From assembly GCA_007280335.1 (NCBI GenBank), contig QYQE01000046.1, positions 1 to 32,000 of the forward strand: a DNA stretch of 32,000 nt. Direction: 5' to 3'. This stretch comes from Nitrosopumilales archaeon. GTDB lineage: Archaea; Thermoproteota; Nitrososphaeria; Nitrososphaerales; Nitrosopumilaceae. Made by a program: the position numbers and the translations under genes. The notes below the pieces were generated by a model that was not told where the DNA came from, did no database searches, and saw only the letters and a list, made by a program, of their open reading frames with translations. Below are positions 15,376 through 24,369 of this stretch, piece by piece. Numbering within the stretch: position 1 is the stretch's first letter; each line of letters opens with the position of its first letter.

Positions 15376-16197
15376 CTATTTTACCAGTGTCCTAAATCGC
15401 AAGTCATCTTTTATACTCTTAAATGATTTGTCCTTTATTGCCCATTTTTTAATAGTTTTACCATAATATGATATAGCTTCTGCAAGTAGGATCAATGAAT
15501 CATTAATTTCACCAATCTCTGCCTTGCTGCGGGATTTGGCATATATCACATTGCCATTTTTTGGATGTTCTTTTAAGACTAGATCAAACGCTGAAATGGC
15601 ATCTAAATGCCTGCCAAGCTCGGCTAGTTCGGTTCCTCTGTAAAATGATACCTCATTATGTTGAGGATCTATCTTGAGTACACTATCAAAACAGGCAAGT
15701 GCTCCCTCATGTTTTTTCTGTTTACCAAGCACCAATCCTTTGTAAAACAACGCATCGATGTTTTGTGGTTCTAATTCCAGACAATGATCAAGACAAGATA
15801 TTGCTTCTTCGTATAGACCAAGTTTATTTTTTGCAATTGCTTTATTGTAAAAGGATGCAGCGTAATCTGGTTTGATTTTCAATGCTTTGTCATATGATGC
15901 TATGGCCTGTTCATAATGATCTAGTTCTGCAAGTGCATTTCCTATGTTGTTAAGAGCGGCAACATGTTTTGGATCTACTTCTAAAATTTTTTCAAAGCAT
16001 GATATTGCATCCCTGTTTTTATCAAGATTAGTCAGTGCAAGTCCCTTGTGGTACAAGGCATCGACATTTTGAGGATCTGTTTTTAGAACCTTGTCAAAAA
16101 ATGAAATCGCATCCTTGTGTTTGCTAAGCTTGGCAAGTGAGATTCCTTCAGAAATTAACACGTCAATGCCCTTTGCCGGTTCAAAAAACTTCATCAA
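15376..16197 (-). CDS. Tetratricopeptide (TPR) repeat protein (start probably ATG at 16194)
   Basis: 273 aa with about 7 tandem 34-aa units, each with the 'A...Y.kAL..dP....A....G.al' pattern (e.g. 'DAISFFDKVLKTDPQNVDALYHKGLAL'). Confidence 0.85.
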   Translation of the reverse strand: MMKFFEPAKGIDVLISEGISLAKLSKHKDAISFFDKVLKTDPQNVDALYHKGLALTNLDKNRDAISCFEKILEVDPKHVAALNNIGNALAELDHYEQAIASYDKALKIKPDYAASFYNKAIAKNKLGLYEEAISCLDHCLELEPQNIDALFYKGLVLGKQKKHEGALACFDSVLKIDPQHNEVSFYRGTELAELGRHLDAISAFDLVLKEHPKNGNVIYAKSRSKAEIGEINDSLILLAEAISYYGKTIKKWAIKDKSFKSIKDDLRFRTLVK

Positions 16198-16245
16198 AAT
16201 TACTTTATCTTATGTTTGAGATTAATATTGCGATATTTCTTTTGA

Positions 16246-17550
16246 TTATGCCTTTTCTTCTGCCATATTGTCTGGAAATGCTTTTTTGATGTAACTTGAT
16301 AGTGCTGGAAACTGAATTATCAAAGATGCTAGGACCACACCGAAAGTTATTGTTTGCAGAGTATCCTTAAACTCGCTTTCTGGAAGTGTTGCAACCAATG
16401 CTACTGACAACGCCCCTCTCATACCGCCAATCCATACAACATTTCGCCATGTTCTAGGAATGTTTTCTTTAGTAAATTTGTTAGTTAAGCGGAGTATTGG
16501 ATAAGTGGATACAGCTCTTGCAGCCAATACAAAAATAAATGCTAATATTATCAGAGGGAGATTTTGACCAATCCTTAGCAAGTCCATACTTAATCCTAAA
16601 TAAAGGAAAGCTAACGAATTGGCAAAAAATGCTAGCATCTCCCAAAAATTGGAAGTATATGTTCTTACTTTGGGGCTGATGATTTTCTCACTTTTCATTG
16701 TTATATTTCCAAAGTATAGTCCTGCAACAGCTGCTGCTATTAGGCCAGACATACCTAATGAATTTGCAACTACAACTGAGCCAAACATTACTGCAACTGA
16801 AAGGGCTGTCTCCGAAAATGGATCATCTAGTAACTTGTGCAATCTATGTGCTGCTGCAGAAATAGCTAATCCAACAGCTATTCCTCCAAAAAATACTAGT
16901 GCAAAATGTTCTAATTCGTCGACGATGTTTAAATTTATTCCCGCATTGACCTCAGTTGTTCCTAGTGTTGATCCTTGTGCTACTGCTATTGCAATTATTG
17001 ATGAAAATATTATAACACCAGTCGCATCGTTGAAACTTGCTTCAGATTCCATTAGGGTAGAAAGTAATTTTGGTACTCTGACTTTTTTGAATACCTCTAT
17101 TACAATGGCGGCATCTGTTGGCGCAATTAAAGCTGCAAACGCAAAAGATACGATGTATGGTAAACCTGCAAAATATACTAGCAGGAATCCACCAACCAAG
17201 GTTGCAAGAAGGACTCCGACAGTAGATAACAAAAGTGATGATATCTGTACTTGTTTGAATTCCTCATGTTTAATTTTCATCATTGCTTCAAAAATTAATG
17301 GTGGAACTATGAAAACCAAAATTAATTTTGGGTCTACCTTGAACTGGGCTATATTAGCAAAATTAAGTCCTGTAAAGTGAAATAAGGAAATTGTAACTCC
17401 TACTCCAACAAGAACCATTGTATAAGGAATTTTTATCTTCGAGGAGATCAATGATGCAATAAATATTGTAACTAGAAACAATGGAATCAAATATTCTGTA
17501 CTTAAAAACTGTGTTAAAATTGCACTAGCCATGTTGATTATGTTCCTCAA
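16246..17550 (-). CDS. Na+/H+ (cation/proton) antiporter, CPA1/NhaP-type
   Basis: 434 aa with ~11-12 TM helices. 'LIAPTDAAIVIEVFKK' matches the conserved CPA1 'PTD' helix, and 'GGMRGALSVALV' is typical of NhaP exchangers. Confidence 0.75.
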   Translation of the reverse strand: MRNIINMASAILTQFLSTEYLIPLFLVTIFIASLISSKIKIPYTMVLVGVGVTISLFHFTGLNFANIAQFKVDPKLILVFIVPPLIFEAMMKIKHEEFKQVQISSLLLSTVGVLLATLVGGFLLVYFAGLPYIVSFAFAALIAPTDAAIVIEVFKKVRVPKLLSTLMESEASFNDATGVIIFSSIIAIAVAQGSTLGTTEVNAGINLNIVDELEHFALVFFGGIAVGLAISAAAHRLHKLLDDPFSETALSVAVMFGSVVVANSLGMSGLIAAAVAGLYFGNITMKSEKIISPKVRTYTSNFWEMLAFFANSLAFLYLGLSMDLLRIGQNLPLIILAFIFVLAARAVSTYPILRLTNKFTKENIPRTWRNVVWIGGMRGALSVALVATLPESEFKDTLQTITFGVVLASLIIQFPALSSYIKKAFPDNMAEEKA

Positions 17551-17628
17551 GTTTCCAAATTATAAAAAGAGTTCCAAGAACCTTTTTTTCTATATTGGCA
17601 ACAAATCTATTAGAAATTATCTAAAAAT

Positions 17629-20118
17629 CTAAGTACCAAATTCTTGTTGCATGGTTTTTAGAAAATTAGAATTAATTCTAATTCGCTCTAAAGTTTGGGC
17701 AAGCTTCATTTCAGTTCCCGGTGTTTTGTGTTTTTTGAAGAAATATTTTACCTCTTGCTCTTTTTTGATATTAGATTCTATAGCCAAAGTGCCTATGATT
17801 CTGTTCAACAATGGATTGCCTACTCCAAATCTTACTACTATTTTGTTCCAATTCTTTTTTATCCATGGCCAGATCAGTTCTTTTCCGTAAGGATTGGCAG
17901 CCATTTTAGAAATAGGTAAAAACAAGTTTTGAGAACGAACCTCCTTTGATAAAGTAAACTGTAATGATTTGGAAAGCAGTTTTTTATTTTGAAAATTAGA
18001 TAGGGCCCCAAGTAATCTTATTTTCTCTTCTTGGGTTGGAGCCTTTCTGTACATTTTTCTTAAAAGTTGGTATGTTTTCTTATCACCGTTCCAAGCTACA
18101 AGAGAATATACTGCACTGCGCAAATCCGGATTAAGTGAGTTGGATTTTAAGAAACTAGAAAATCTTCTTTTAGATTCCTCTAAAATTTCATCATCGCCAA
18201 GCTTACCAAGAGAACTAATTACAGAGTTTCTAAGAAGAGCGTCCGTTGGTTTTTCTCCCTTTTTCTGTTCCCATCCCAACCTTTCAAATATTCTTCTAAA
18301 GCATTCCTTGTTGAATTCTTTGATCTCCTCCCCAAACCTCTCCTTAGATAACGAACCGTAAATGAAATTCAGGTTACTTACTATGTCTGCTAAGACAAGG
18401 TAATCATCTTCTTCAATGTAGCACTTTACAAACTCAAGATACTTTTTCAATGATATCTGATTGGAAATACACAGGGCAAACAGATCGTGTTGAAGACTCC
18501 AACGGTCTACATTACTCAATATTTTTTCTTGTACTAGTTCCCCTAGGCGCTCTAGTGTTTCATCATCATATTTTACCCTGTAGAAACCCTTCTGGCCTGA
18601 ATTTATCTTAAACCAACCAAACTTACTATCAATTGGAATTGTAATAGGATTGGTCATCAACTTTGAAACAAGATTGTTACCTGTTTTTACAGAAACGGGT
18701 ATTATCCAATTTCCCTTCTTTGACTTTCCATTCTCAAGCAAGAACCTTTTTTGTTGCAGTTTTATTTTGGAATCATTGACAGTTGCTTCGATTAACGGAT
18801 ATCCTACTTGCTTCACCCAACTATTCATCATCTGCCTTACAGGCTTCTTTGACACAGATGCTAGAGAATTCCAGAGATCTTCACCTTTGGCATTGCTATA
18901 CTTGTGTTTTAAAAGATAATTGTGTAATCCAACACGAAAGTTTTTTTCTCCAAGAAAATCTTCCAACATCATAAGTACGCATCCTCCTTTGTTGTAGCTT
19001 ATCTCATCAAAAATTTGTCTTACATCAGATGGGCTTTTTACTTTGACATCTATTGGATGAGATGTTTTAAGTGAATCAAGACTCAAGCCTCCAGTCATCT
19101 CTGATATTAGAAATTGGTCCCAGAAATCCCATTCTGGATAAAATTTGTCTACTGCTTTTGTAGCCATAAATGTGGCAAAGCTTTCATTGAGCCATAGGTC
19201 ATTCCACCACTTCATAGTAACAAGATTGCCAAACCACTGGTGTGCAATTTCATGAGATATTACCTCTGCAATATGCTGTTTAGTTTCAGTTGAGGATGTT
19301 TTTGGATCATAAAGCAGTACTGTCTCTCTAAATGTTATGGCTCCCCAGTTTTCCATGGCACCTGATGCAAAGTCTGGAATTGCTATCATGTCTAATTTTG
19401 GAAGAGGATATTTTATTTGAAAATAATCTTGATAAAATGAAAGAAATTGTTTTGTAAATTCAAGGGAAGCCTTGCCCAACATTTTCTTGCCTTTTGTTGT
19501 AATGATTCTAATCTGTGTCTTGCCAAGCCGTCCCTCTAAAAACTCGAATTCGCCAACACCAAGATACAAAAGATATGTTGACATTATTGGTGATCGTGCA
19601 AACTTGAATACTGTTTTCTTTCCAATTTTCTTTTTGGATGTTACAGGCATGTTAGAAATTGCCGTTAAATTGCTATCCACAATAAGAGTAACATCAAAAG
19701 TTGCCTTTGCATCCGGCTCATCCCAGCATGGAAAAGCACGTCTTGCATCTGCAGCCTCAAATTGGGTAGTGGCAAGAAGTTTTTCTTTACCTTTGTATTC
19801 GTATTTGCTCCTGTAAAAGCCTACAAGTTTGTCATTTAAGGTGCCTTCAAAATCAATCAACAATACAGCTTTTCCTGAAATTTTTTCTGGTAACGAAAGA
19901 ACTAGTTCCTCATTTTTGGCATCAAGTCTTATCTTGGGTCTAATGGTCTTTTTATTTAGTATGATCTGGCAGTCTTTAATCTCCAATTCTGCAGAGTTTA
20001 GAACTATCTGCCGTGTGGCTCTTGCTTGTATGGTGATCTTCTCTCTTCCTTTGAACTTGAATTTATTAAAATCCGGTTCAAATTCCAGATCATAACTAAT
20101 TGGAAAAACTGTTTTCAC
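17629..20118 (-). CDS. M1-family zinc aminopeptidase (aminopeptidase N / tricorn-interacting factor F3-like)
   Basis: 829 aa. Exopeptidase motif 'GAMENWG', zinc site 'HEIAHQWFGN' plus 'WLNESFA', and a long C-terminal ERAP1-like helical domain. Confidence 0.9.
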   Translation of the reverse strand: MKTVFPISYDLEFEPDFNKFKFKGREKITIQARATRQIVLNSAELEIKDCQIILNKKTIRPKIRLDAKNEELVLSLPEKISGKAVLLIDFEGTLNDKLVGFYRSKYEYKGKEKLLATTQFEAADARRAFPCWDEPDAKATFDVTLIVDSNLTAISNMPVTSKKKIGKKTVFKFARSPIMSTYLLYLGVGEFEFLEGRLGKTQIRIITTKGKKMLGKASLEFTKQFLSFYQDYFQIKYPLPKLDMIAIPDFASGAMENWGAITFRETVLLYDPKTSSTETKQHIAEVISHEIAHQWFGNLVTMKWWNDLWLNESFATFMATKAVDKFYPEWDFWDQFLISEMTGGLSLDSLKTSHPIDVKVKSPSDVRQIFDEISYNKGGCVLMMLEDFLGEKNFRVGLHNYLLKHKYSNAKGEDLWNSLASVSKKPVRQMMNSWVKQVGYPLIEATVNDSKIKLQQKRFLLENGKSKKGNWIIPVSVKTGNNLVSKLMTNPITIPIDSKFGWFKINSGQKGFYRVKYDDETLERLGELVQEKILSNVDRWSLQHDLFALCISNQISLKKYLEFVKCYIEEDDYLVLADIVSNLNFIYGSLSKERFGEEIKEFNKECFRRIFERLGWEQKKGEKPTDALLRNSVISSLGKLGDDEILEESKRRFSSFLKSNSLNPDLRSAVYSLVAWNGDKKTYQLLRKMYRKAPTQEEKIRLLGALSNFQNKKLLSKSLQFTLSKEVRSQNLFLPISKMAANPYGKELIWPWIKKNWNKIVVRFGVGNPLLNRIIGTLAIESNIKKEQEVKYFFKKHKTPGTEMKLAQTLERIRINSNFLKTMQQEFGT

Positions 20119-20158
20119 GATATTCTGGTTCTAAAAAAACGAGTAATATATCTTTGAT

Positions 20159-20653
20159 CTAATGTAAAAAGGTAACAAGCCACTGTGTGAAATGAAAGCT
20201 AAGGAATACTATTGCTACTGCTTTTACTGTCTTGCCAGTTGTCATCATAATTGTATATCTTACAATATTGTATTTTTTAGTACCAGCTACGATAGATACA
20301 ACATCTCCAATTATGGGAATCCATGGAGAGAAGAAAATTATTGTAGCCCAACCATACTTGGTCATAATGCTTACGCTTTTTTGTTCATATTTTTGAGGAG
20401 TTTTTCGAAGTTTTCTTAGTAACCTTCCATTGTATCCAATATAGTATGCAATATAGCCGCCAATTATGGAACTGATGGTTAACACTAAAAAAACATCTAT
20501 TGGATTTGCTCCACCCAAAAGTAATGCAGAGATGGTTGCCTCTGTTGGAATTGGAATAAAACTTGAAAACATTCCATTAAAAAACAATCCCAAGAGACCA
20601 TATTTTATGAATAACGTATTGTGTAATATGGAATTAATGGCGTCGCCTAACAT
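20159..20653 (-). CDS. DedA/YqaA-like (SNARE-associated, VTT-domain) small membrane protein
   Basis: 164 aa with 4 TM helices. 'FFNGMFSSFIPIPTEATISALLLGG' resembles the YqaA/DedA re-entrant motif. Confidence 0.5.
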   Translation of the reverse strand: MLGDAINSILHNTLFIKYGLLGLFFNGMFSSFIPIPTEATISALLLGGANPIDVFLVLTISSIIGGYIAYYIGYNGRLLRKLRKTPQKYEQKSVSIMTKYGWATIIFFSPWIPIIGDVVSIVAGTKKYNIVRYTIMMTTGKTVKAVAIVFLSFHFTQWLVTFLH

Positions 20654-20668
20654 TGCCTGACATCCTTT

Positions 20669-20902
20669 TTAGCTTGTTTTAAATGAATTGCCAAATTTTT
20701 CGTCGTAATCATAAATTGTAATGGCAATCTGAGATAACAATTTCATTTTTGATTTTTGCGCTTTGGGATTGTTGCTATAGTCTTTTTGTTCTACAAGAAT
20801 TTGGAGACGTTCTAACTGTACGCGTGCAAGACCCTTTACACCTCTCTGTGCTACAACATCTAAAAGTTGTAATCGTTCAAGATCGTCATTAGAATCAGAC
20901 AT
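20669..20902 (-). CDS. Small helical hypothetical protein
   Basis: 77-aa ORF of normal composition in an otherwise unassigned gap. No recognisable motif. Confidence 0.4.
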   Translation of the reverse strand: MSDSNDDLERLQLLDVVAQRGVKGLARVQLERLQILVEQKDYSNNPKAQKSKMKLLSQIAITIYDYDEKFGNSFKTS

Positions 20903-20922
20903 TGTGATAGATAGAAAACAAG

Positions 20923-21168
20923 TTGTTTAATATTTATCTTATATCCAGATTGATTGTGATTTACAAAGTCTCTGTTACATTTCATAAGGATTTCATCGAA
21001 GTCAACAATGATGAGATATCTGTAGGAATAAAATCAAAACCAGAAAAAGGCAAAGCTAACAGAGAGCTGATTAAAAAACTCTCAAAACACTTCAATGTGT
21101 CACAATCTCAGGTGAAAATTACATCTGGGGAAAAACCTAGAAAAAAATTAATTCAGATAATAACATAA
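20923..21168 (+). CDS. DUF167/YggU-family protein (true start probably TTG 20950 or GTG 20956)
   Basis: 'ISVGIKSKPEKGKANRELIKKLSKHFNVSQSQVKITSGEKPRKKLIQI' matches the DUF167 'GkAN..li.fLs......v.i..G..sr.K.v.i' pattern. The tracked N-terminus overlaps a TATA-like 'tttaatattta'. Confidence 0.6.
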   Translation: MFNIYLISRLIVIYKVSVTFHKDFIEVNNDEISVGIKSKPEKGKANRELIKKLSKHFNVSQSQVKITSGEKPRKKLIQIIT

Positions 21169-21223
21169 AATTTCTAGAGTTTTCAAAACCCTAAAAAGTG
21201 ACACGTTATTATGATGATATTAA

Positions 21224-21631
21224 ATGAAATCAATGATGTTTTTGATGACCGTGTCCGTACTTACAGTTCTCCTGGTACCAATAATACACGATGCTTTTGC
21301 TATTCAAGGAGATGTCTCTTCTGCCGCTCTAAAAAATGGAACTTGGGAAACCAAAGTAAACAAACAAGTTCAGATAACATCTGATATAACAAACAATCAG
21401 GATAGGACTCAACCTTTTGCATATTTGGTACAAATCCAAAATCATGATGGGGTGGTAGTCTCATTATCGTGGCTTACAGGTTCATTAGATTCCGGTCAAT
21501 CCTTGAATCCTTCTCAATCATGGACACCTGTATCACCGGGAACTTATAGCGCCCAAATATTTGTGTGGGCAGGCATAAACAATCCAGATGCATTGTCTGT
21601 ACCATTAAACATGATGATTACGGTAACCTAA
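21224..21631 (+). CDS. Small secreted beta-rich protein, unknown function
   Basis: 135 aa. Signal peptide 'MKSMMFLMTVSVLTVLLVPIIHDAFA', followed by a beta-rich domain. Confidence 0.55.
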   Translation: MKSMMFLMTVSVLTVLLVPIIHDAFAIQGDVSSAALKNGTWETKVNKQVQITSDITNNQDRTQPFAYLVQIQNHDGVVVSLSWLTGSLDSGQSLNPSQSWTPVSPGTYSAQIFVWAGINNPDALSVPLNMMITVT

Positions 21632-21674
21632 ACTTACACCATTTTCAATAATATCAAAACTTGTAATTATTATT

Positions 21675-22091
21675 TTATTTTTGTGACTCGGCAAGAAAAG
21701 TACTCATGTTATTGTGTACTAGTGGAATTACTTTTTTTATTATAGTTTCATGGAAGTTTGGAGTATCCGCATCAAAAGATAGCAAAAGAACGTAAGATAG
21801 TCTGCTGTTTTCATCAGCAATTGGAATTGTTGCTCGTGTTATTTTGGAATAATGAGAGCTTGCATACAATATTCTGCCTAAGAGATATTCCCACCTTAGC
21901 CTGGTGTATTGACGTGTTGCTGCAGTTATTGCGTATTGTGCGCGTTCTTCTGGAGTGAGTAATGCTTCCAAACCTTTTCGTTCCGAAGTAGCCTCTAACT
22001 TTCCATCTTCATCTGCTATTCCTGCAAAGCGAATTGATGGATCTAGTGCTATTACTTTATCACAAAATTCCTGAAAGAACTTTTTCATCAA
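21675..22091 (-). CDS. Hypothetical cytoplasmic alpha/beta protein (weak Roadblock/LC7-like impression only)
   Basis: 138 aa. 'IRFAGIADEDGKLEATS' and 'SYVLLLSFDAD' look like strands flanking a long helix. There is no motif-level support. Confidence 0.45.
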   Translation of the reverse strand: MMKKFFQEFCDKVIALDPSIRFAGIADEDGKLEATSERKGLEALLTPEERAQYAITAATRQYTRLRWEYLLGRILYASSHYSKITRATIPIADENSRLSYVLLLSFDADTPNFHETIIKKVIPLVHNNMSTFLAESQK

Positions 22092-22188
22092 TTAGTGTAT
22101 TTTGTGGAGGTATATTTATCATTACAGATCTTAATACCATTTCATGAATTTTAGGTAAACACAATCATGAAAATAATCAAAACACCAT

Positions 22189-22455
22189 TTATTTATCATG
22201 AGCTATTTGCTTTGGTCTAAATGCTTGAAATAGATAGTTGCAAAATAACATTAACCCAATCCAGATGGCTAACATTAGAATTGGTGTCCAATAACCTATG
22301 CAATCATGACAAAGAAACCGGTTCACCAAAAAAACCACCAGCCCTCCAACAAAAACTCCTACGGAATAATCTAAAAGCCTCCACCAAAAATACTTCATTA
22401 GCTTTGTATAGTATGACCAAAATATAAAATTGTGACAATACTGTATAATAGACAT
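22189..22455 (-). CDS. Small two-TM membrane protein with a CHDC motif
   Basis: 88 aa with hydrophobic helices 'VGVFVGGLVVFLV' and 'ILMLAIWIGLMLF' and an intervening 'CHDC'. Confidence 0.4.
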   Translation of the reverse strand: MSIIQYCHNFIFWSYYTKLMKYFWWRLLDYSVGVFVGGLVVFLVNRFLCHDCIGYWTPILMLAIWIGLMLFCNYLFQAFRPKQIAHDK

Positions 22456-22605
22456 AATTGAACGAAACTACTGAACATTCAGTTCATTGCGGGTATCGTA
22501 ACCGTAATGGATATCGCCATGATTTCTGTGCATGCTGGTGTCACAAAGAAGTGAAGCAAAAGAATCAAAAATAAAGTTCCGCTTATTAAGGAGAATTGAA
22601 TAGAA

Positions 22606-23082
22606 ATGGTTCTGAAACCAAAAAGTCCAAACGAATCAAAGGCTGAGATGACAGTCAGAATGTTTCCATCTGATGCAAATCCCAACGGTAACGTCTTTGG
22701 AGGTGAGATTTTAAAACAAATTGATCTTATTGCGGGTCTAGTGGCACAAAGACATGCAAGAATGAATACGGTAACAGCTAGTATAGACAGAGTTAATTTC
22801 CTTAAACCTGTTTTTGTTGGAAATGCTATCATACTTAATGCTAGAGTAAACTATGTTCATAGATCATCAATGGAAATTGAAATCAAAGTTGAGGCTGAAG
22901 ATTTGATGAACGGAAATATAACACTTACAAATACTGCATTTGTCACAGCAGTCGCACTTGGGTCTGATGGTAAAACAAGAGAAGTTCCTCCACTACTTTT
23001 AGAAACTGAAGGAGAAAAGAAAAGATTTGTGGAAGGAGAGGCAAGGATGAATCGAAGACTAAAGGAACGTGCTACAAAATAA
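22606..23082 (+). CDS. Acyl-CoA thioesterase, hotdog fold (YciA/BFIT-like)
   Basis: 158 aa. 'VRMFPSDANPNGNVFGGEILKQIDLIAGLVAQRHA' is the typical acyl-CoA hydrolase N-terminal motif. An SD-like 'aaggag' lies 14 nt upstream of the ATG. Confidence 0.8.
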   Translation: MVLKPKSPNESKAEMTVRMFPSDANPNGNVFGGEILKQIDLIAGLVAQRHARMNTVTASIDRVNFLKPVFVGNAIILNARVNYVHRSSMEIEIKVEAEDLMNGNITLTNTAFVTAVALGSDGKTREVPPLLLETEGEKKRFVEGEARMNRRLKERATK

Positions 23083-23133
23083 AATCAGTATTACAAATTT
23101 TTTTCTAAGAAGTTGATTTTAATATGAACTACA

Positions 23134-23913
23134 TTAACATTGGTAGCCACCGGGAGGGCCATTTTTTACAACGTCTGCAAATTCCGTACCAGAGTAACCT
23201 TTGTTAATTGTAAATGGAATGATGCCAAAAATTGGTGCATTAAGTTTTGTTATAACTTGTGCATCAGTTGCATTAAAGACAGAACCTAGGTTTACAACTT
23301 CAGACAGCGCTTGCTTGTCTATAGTAAACGTTCCGTCTAAAAGTGTGGACGATTTTGGAGAAATGGTACTACCAATAATTGAAGCAGTCTCAAGAACTCT
23401 GGATTTGTAAACTGCACTTATCTCATAACTATGAAAACTAGCAGGAAAGTAAGATGGGTTGCAAGCCTGAGCTTGAATATGCATCACCGTTTCAGAAATT
23501 GCATATTGATTACCCTGATGCGGCTTTATCTGCAAAGAATTTACCGCATATGCATCAGCTGTTATGTAGCTGAAGAATATGGCTACAACAACAAGACCAG
23601 CTATTGCAATTTTTTTTCTGTTACTTTTTGGTGTTTTTGAGACTATATTTGCTTCAGAAATATTGCTAGAATTGGGTTTGTTATCTGACTCTGTGGTAGA
23701 ATTTTCAACTGACAATGATTCTTCATTCTTAGGTTCGTTAGTTTCTGAAAAGCTTTCAATGTATTGCTGGTCAGATGATTCAATAGGATTTCCATTTTGA
23801 AGAGAATTTAAAATATTATGTAATCTTTCAATATCGCCACTTCCTTTATCAATTAATTCTTGTATTTTCTTGGCTGTCTCTTCAGACACGCTTTTGCCAT
23901 ATTTCAACTGCAT
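23134..23913 (-). CDS. Single-pass membrane protein: N-terminal 'LIDxGxGDxxRLH' domain, low-complexity linker, TM helix, extracellular beta-rich domain
   Basis: 259 aa. The N-terminus is paralogous to ORF 15007..15375. TM helix 'IAIAGLVVVAIFFSYITADAYAV'. The C-terminal ~140 aa are beta-rich (possibly LEA-2/HIN1-like, unverified). Confidence 0.6.
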   Translation of the reverse strand: MQLKYGKSVSEETAKKIQELIDKGSGDIERLHNILNSLQNGNPIESSDQQYIESFSETNEPKNEESLSVENSTTESDNKPNSSNISEANIVSKTPKSNRKKIAIAGLVVVAIFFSYITADAYAVNSLQIKPHQGNQYAISETVMHIQAQACNPSYFPASFHSYEISAVYKSRVLETASIIGSTISPKSSTLLDGTFTIDKQALSEVVNLGSVFNATDAQVITKLNAPIFGIIPFTINKGYSGTEFADVVKNGPPGGYQC

Positions 23914-23995
23914 TTAAAGCCACCTAAAAATACAAAAATCAAAATTGCATTAATTCAATTCAAAGCCATATTTAACGGAGTGTACATAATACAAC

Positions 23996-24154
23996 ATGTT
24001 AAAGATCAAAACTGTTGTAAAGGTAATAGTGATGATAATCAGTGGAATTGCAATAGTTGTAGTAGGGGGATTTATGATGGGTGCTATTGCAAGGCTGTGG
24101 ACAGGTAAAGAGACAAAAAATTCTAAAGACCAAAAACAAAATTCAGATATCTAA
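23996..24154 (+). CDS. Candidate unannotated 52-aa single-TM peptide
   Basis: Hand translation of ATG 23996 to TAA 24152..24154 gives MLKIKTVVKVIVMIISGIAIVVVGGFMMGAIARLWTGKETKNSKDQKQNSDI. It is too short for the ORF track. TATA-like 'atatttaa' (23968..23975) lies 21-28 bp upstream. Confidence 0.35.
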   Translation: MLKIKTVVKVIVMIISGIAIVVVGGFMMGAIARLWTGKETKNSKDQKQNSDI

Positions 24155-24369
24155 TTTATCCATAGAACTTAAGTATTTGATCTCAAAAATGTATGTTATG
24201 TGTGAAATGATTGATGAGATAGAAATTGAACATCTAAGAATGGCATTAGCACGAGCAAGAAAAGAAACAAGCCCTCAACTAGAAGAGGAAAATCCAATTA
24301 CCGTCGTTGCACAATAAAATTATCAAACACAACTAGTATTCTGCTAACACAAAGTATGGCTAATTGAAA

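Noticed and set aside
16619-17380. 253-aa plus-strand ORF
   Set aside because: It lies entirely antisense to the Na+/H+ antiporter gene. It has low-complexity A/S/T/I-rich composition and no motifs. This is the typical shadow ORF opposite a hydrophobic membrane-protein gene.
17651-20095. Multiple 60-114-aa plus-strand ORFs
   Set aside because: All are antisense to the 829-aa M1 aminopeptidase, whose GAMEN and HEXXH-E motifs fix the coding strand.
22456-22605. Slightly GC-richer 150-bp spacer upstream of the thioesterase as a possible riboswitch or ncRNA
   Set aside because: I could not find convincing stems or any known riboswitch core by eye. The spacer must already hold two divergent promoters and an SD-led 5' UTR.
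22479-22832. 117-aa minus-strand ORF
   Set aside because: It overlaps the 5' half of the well-supported thioesterase gene and the divergent promoter region, and it has no motifs. It is likely spurious.
23860-24108. 82-aa plus-strand ORF and 24851..25072 minus-strand ORF
   Set aside because: The first starts inside the 5' end of the 259-aa gene on the other strand. It is in a different frame from the better-supported 52-aa TM ORF. The second is an alternative frame over the SOD 5' end.
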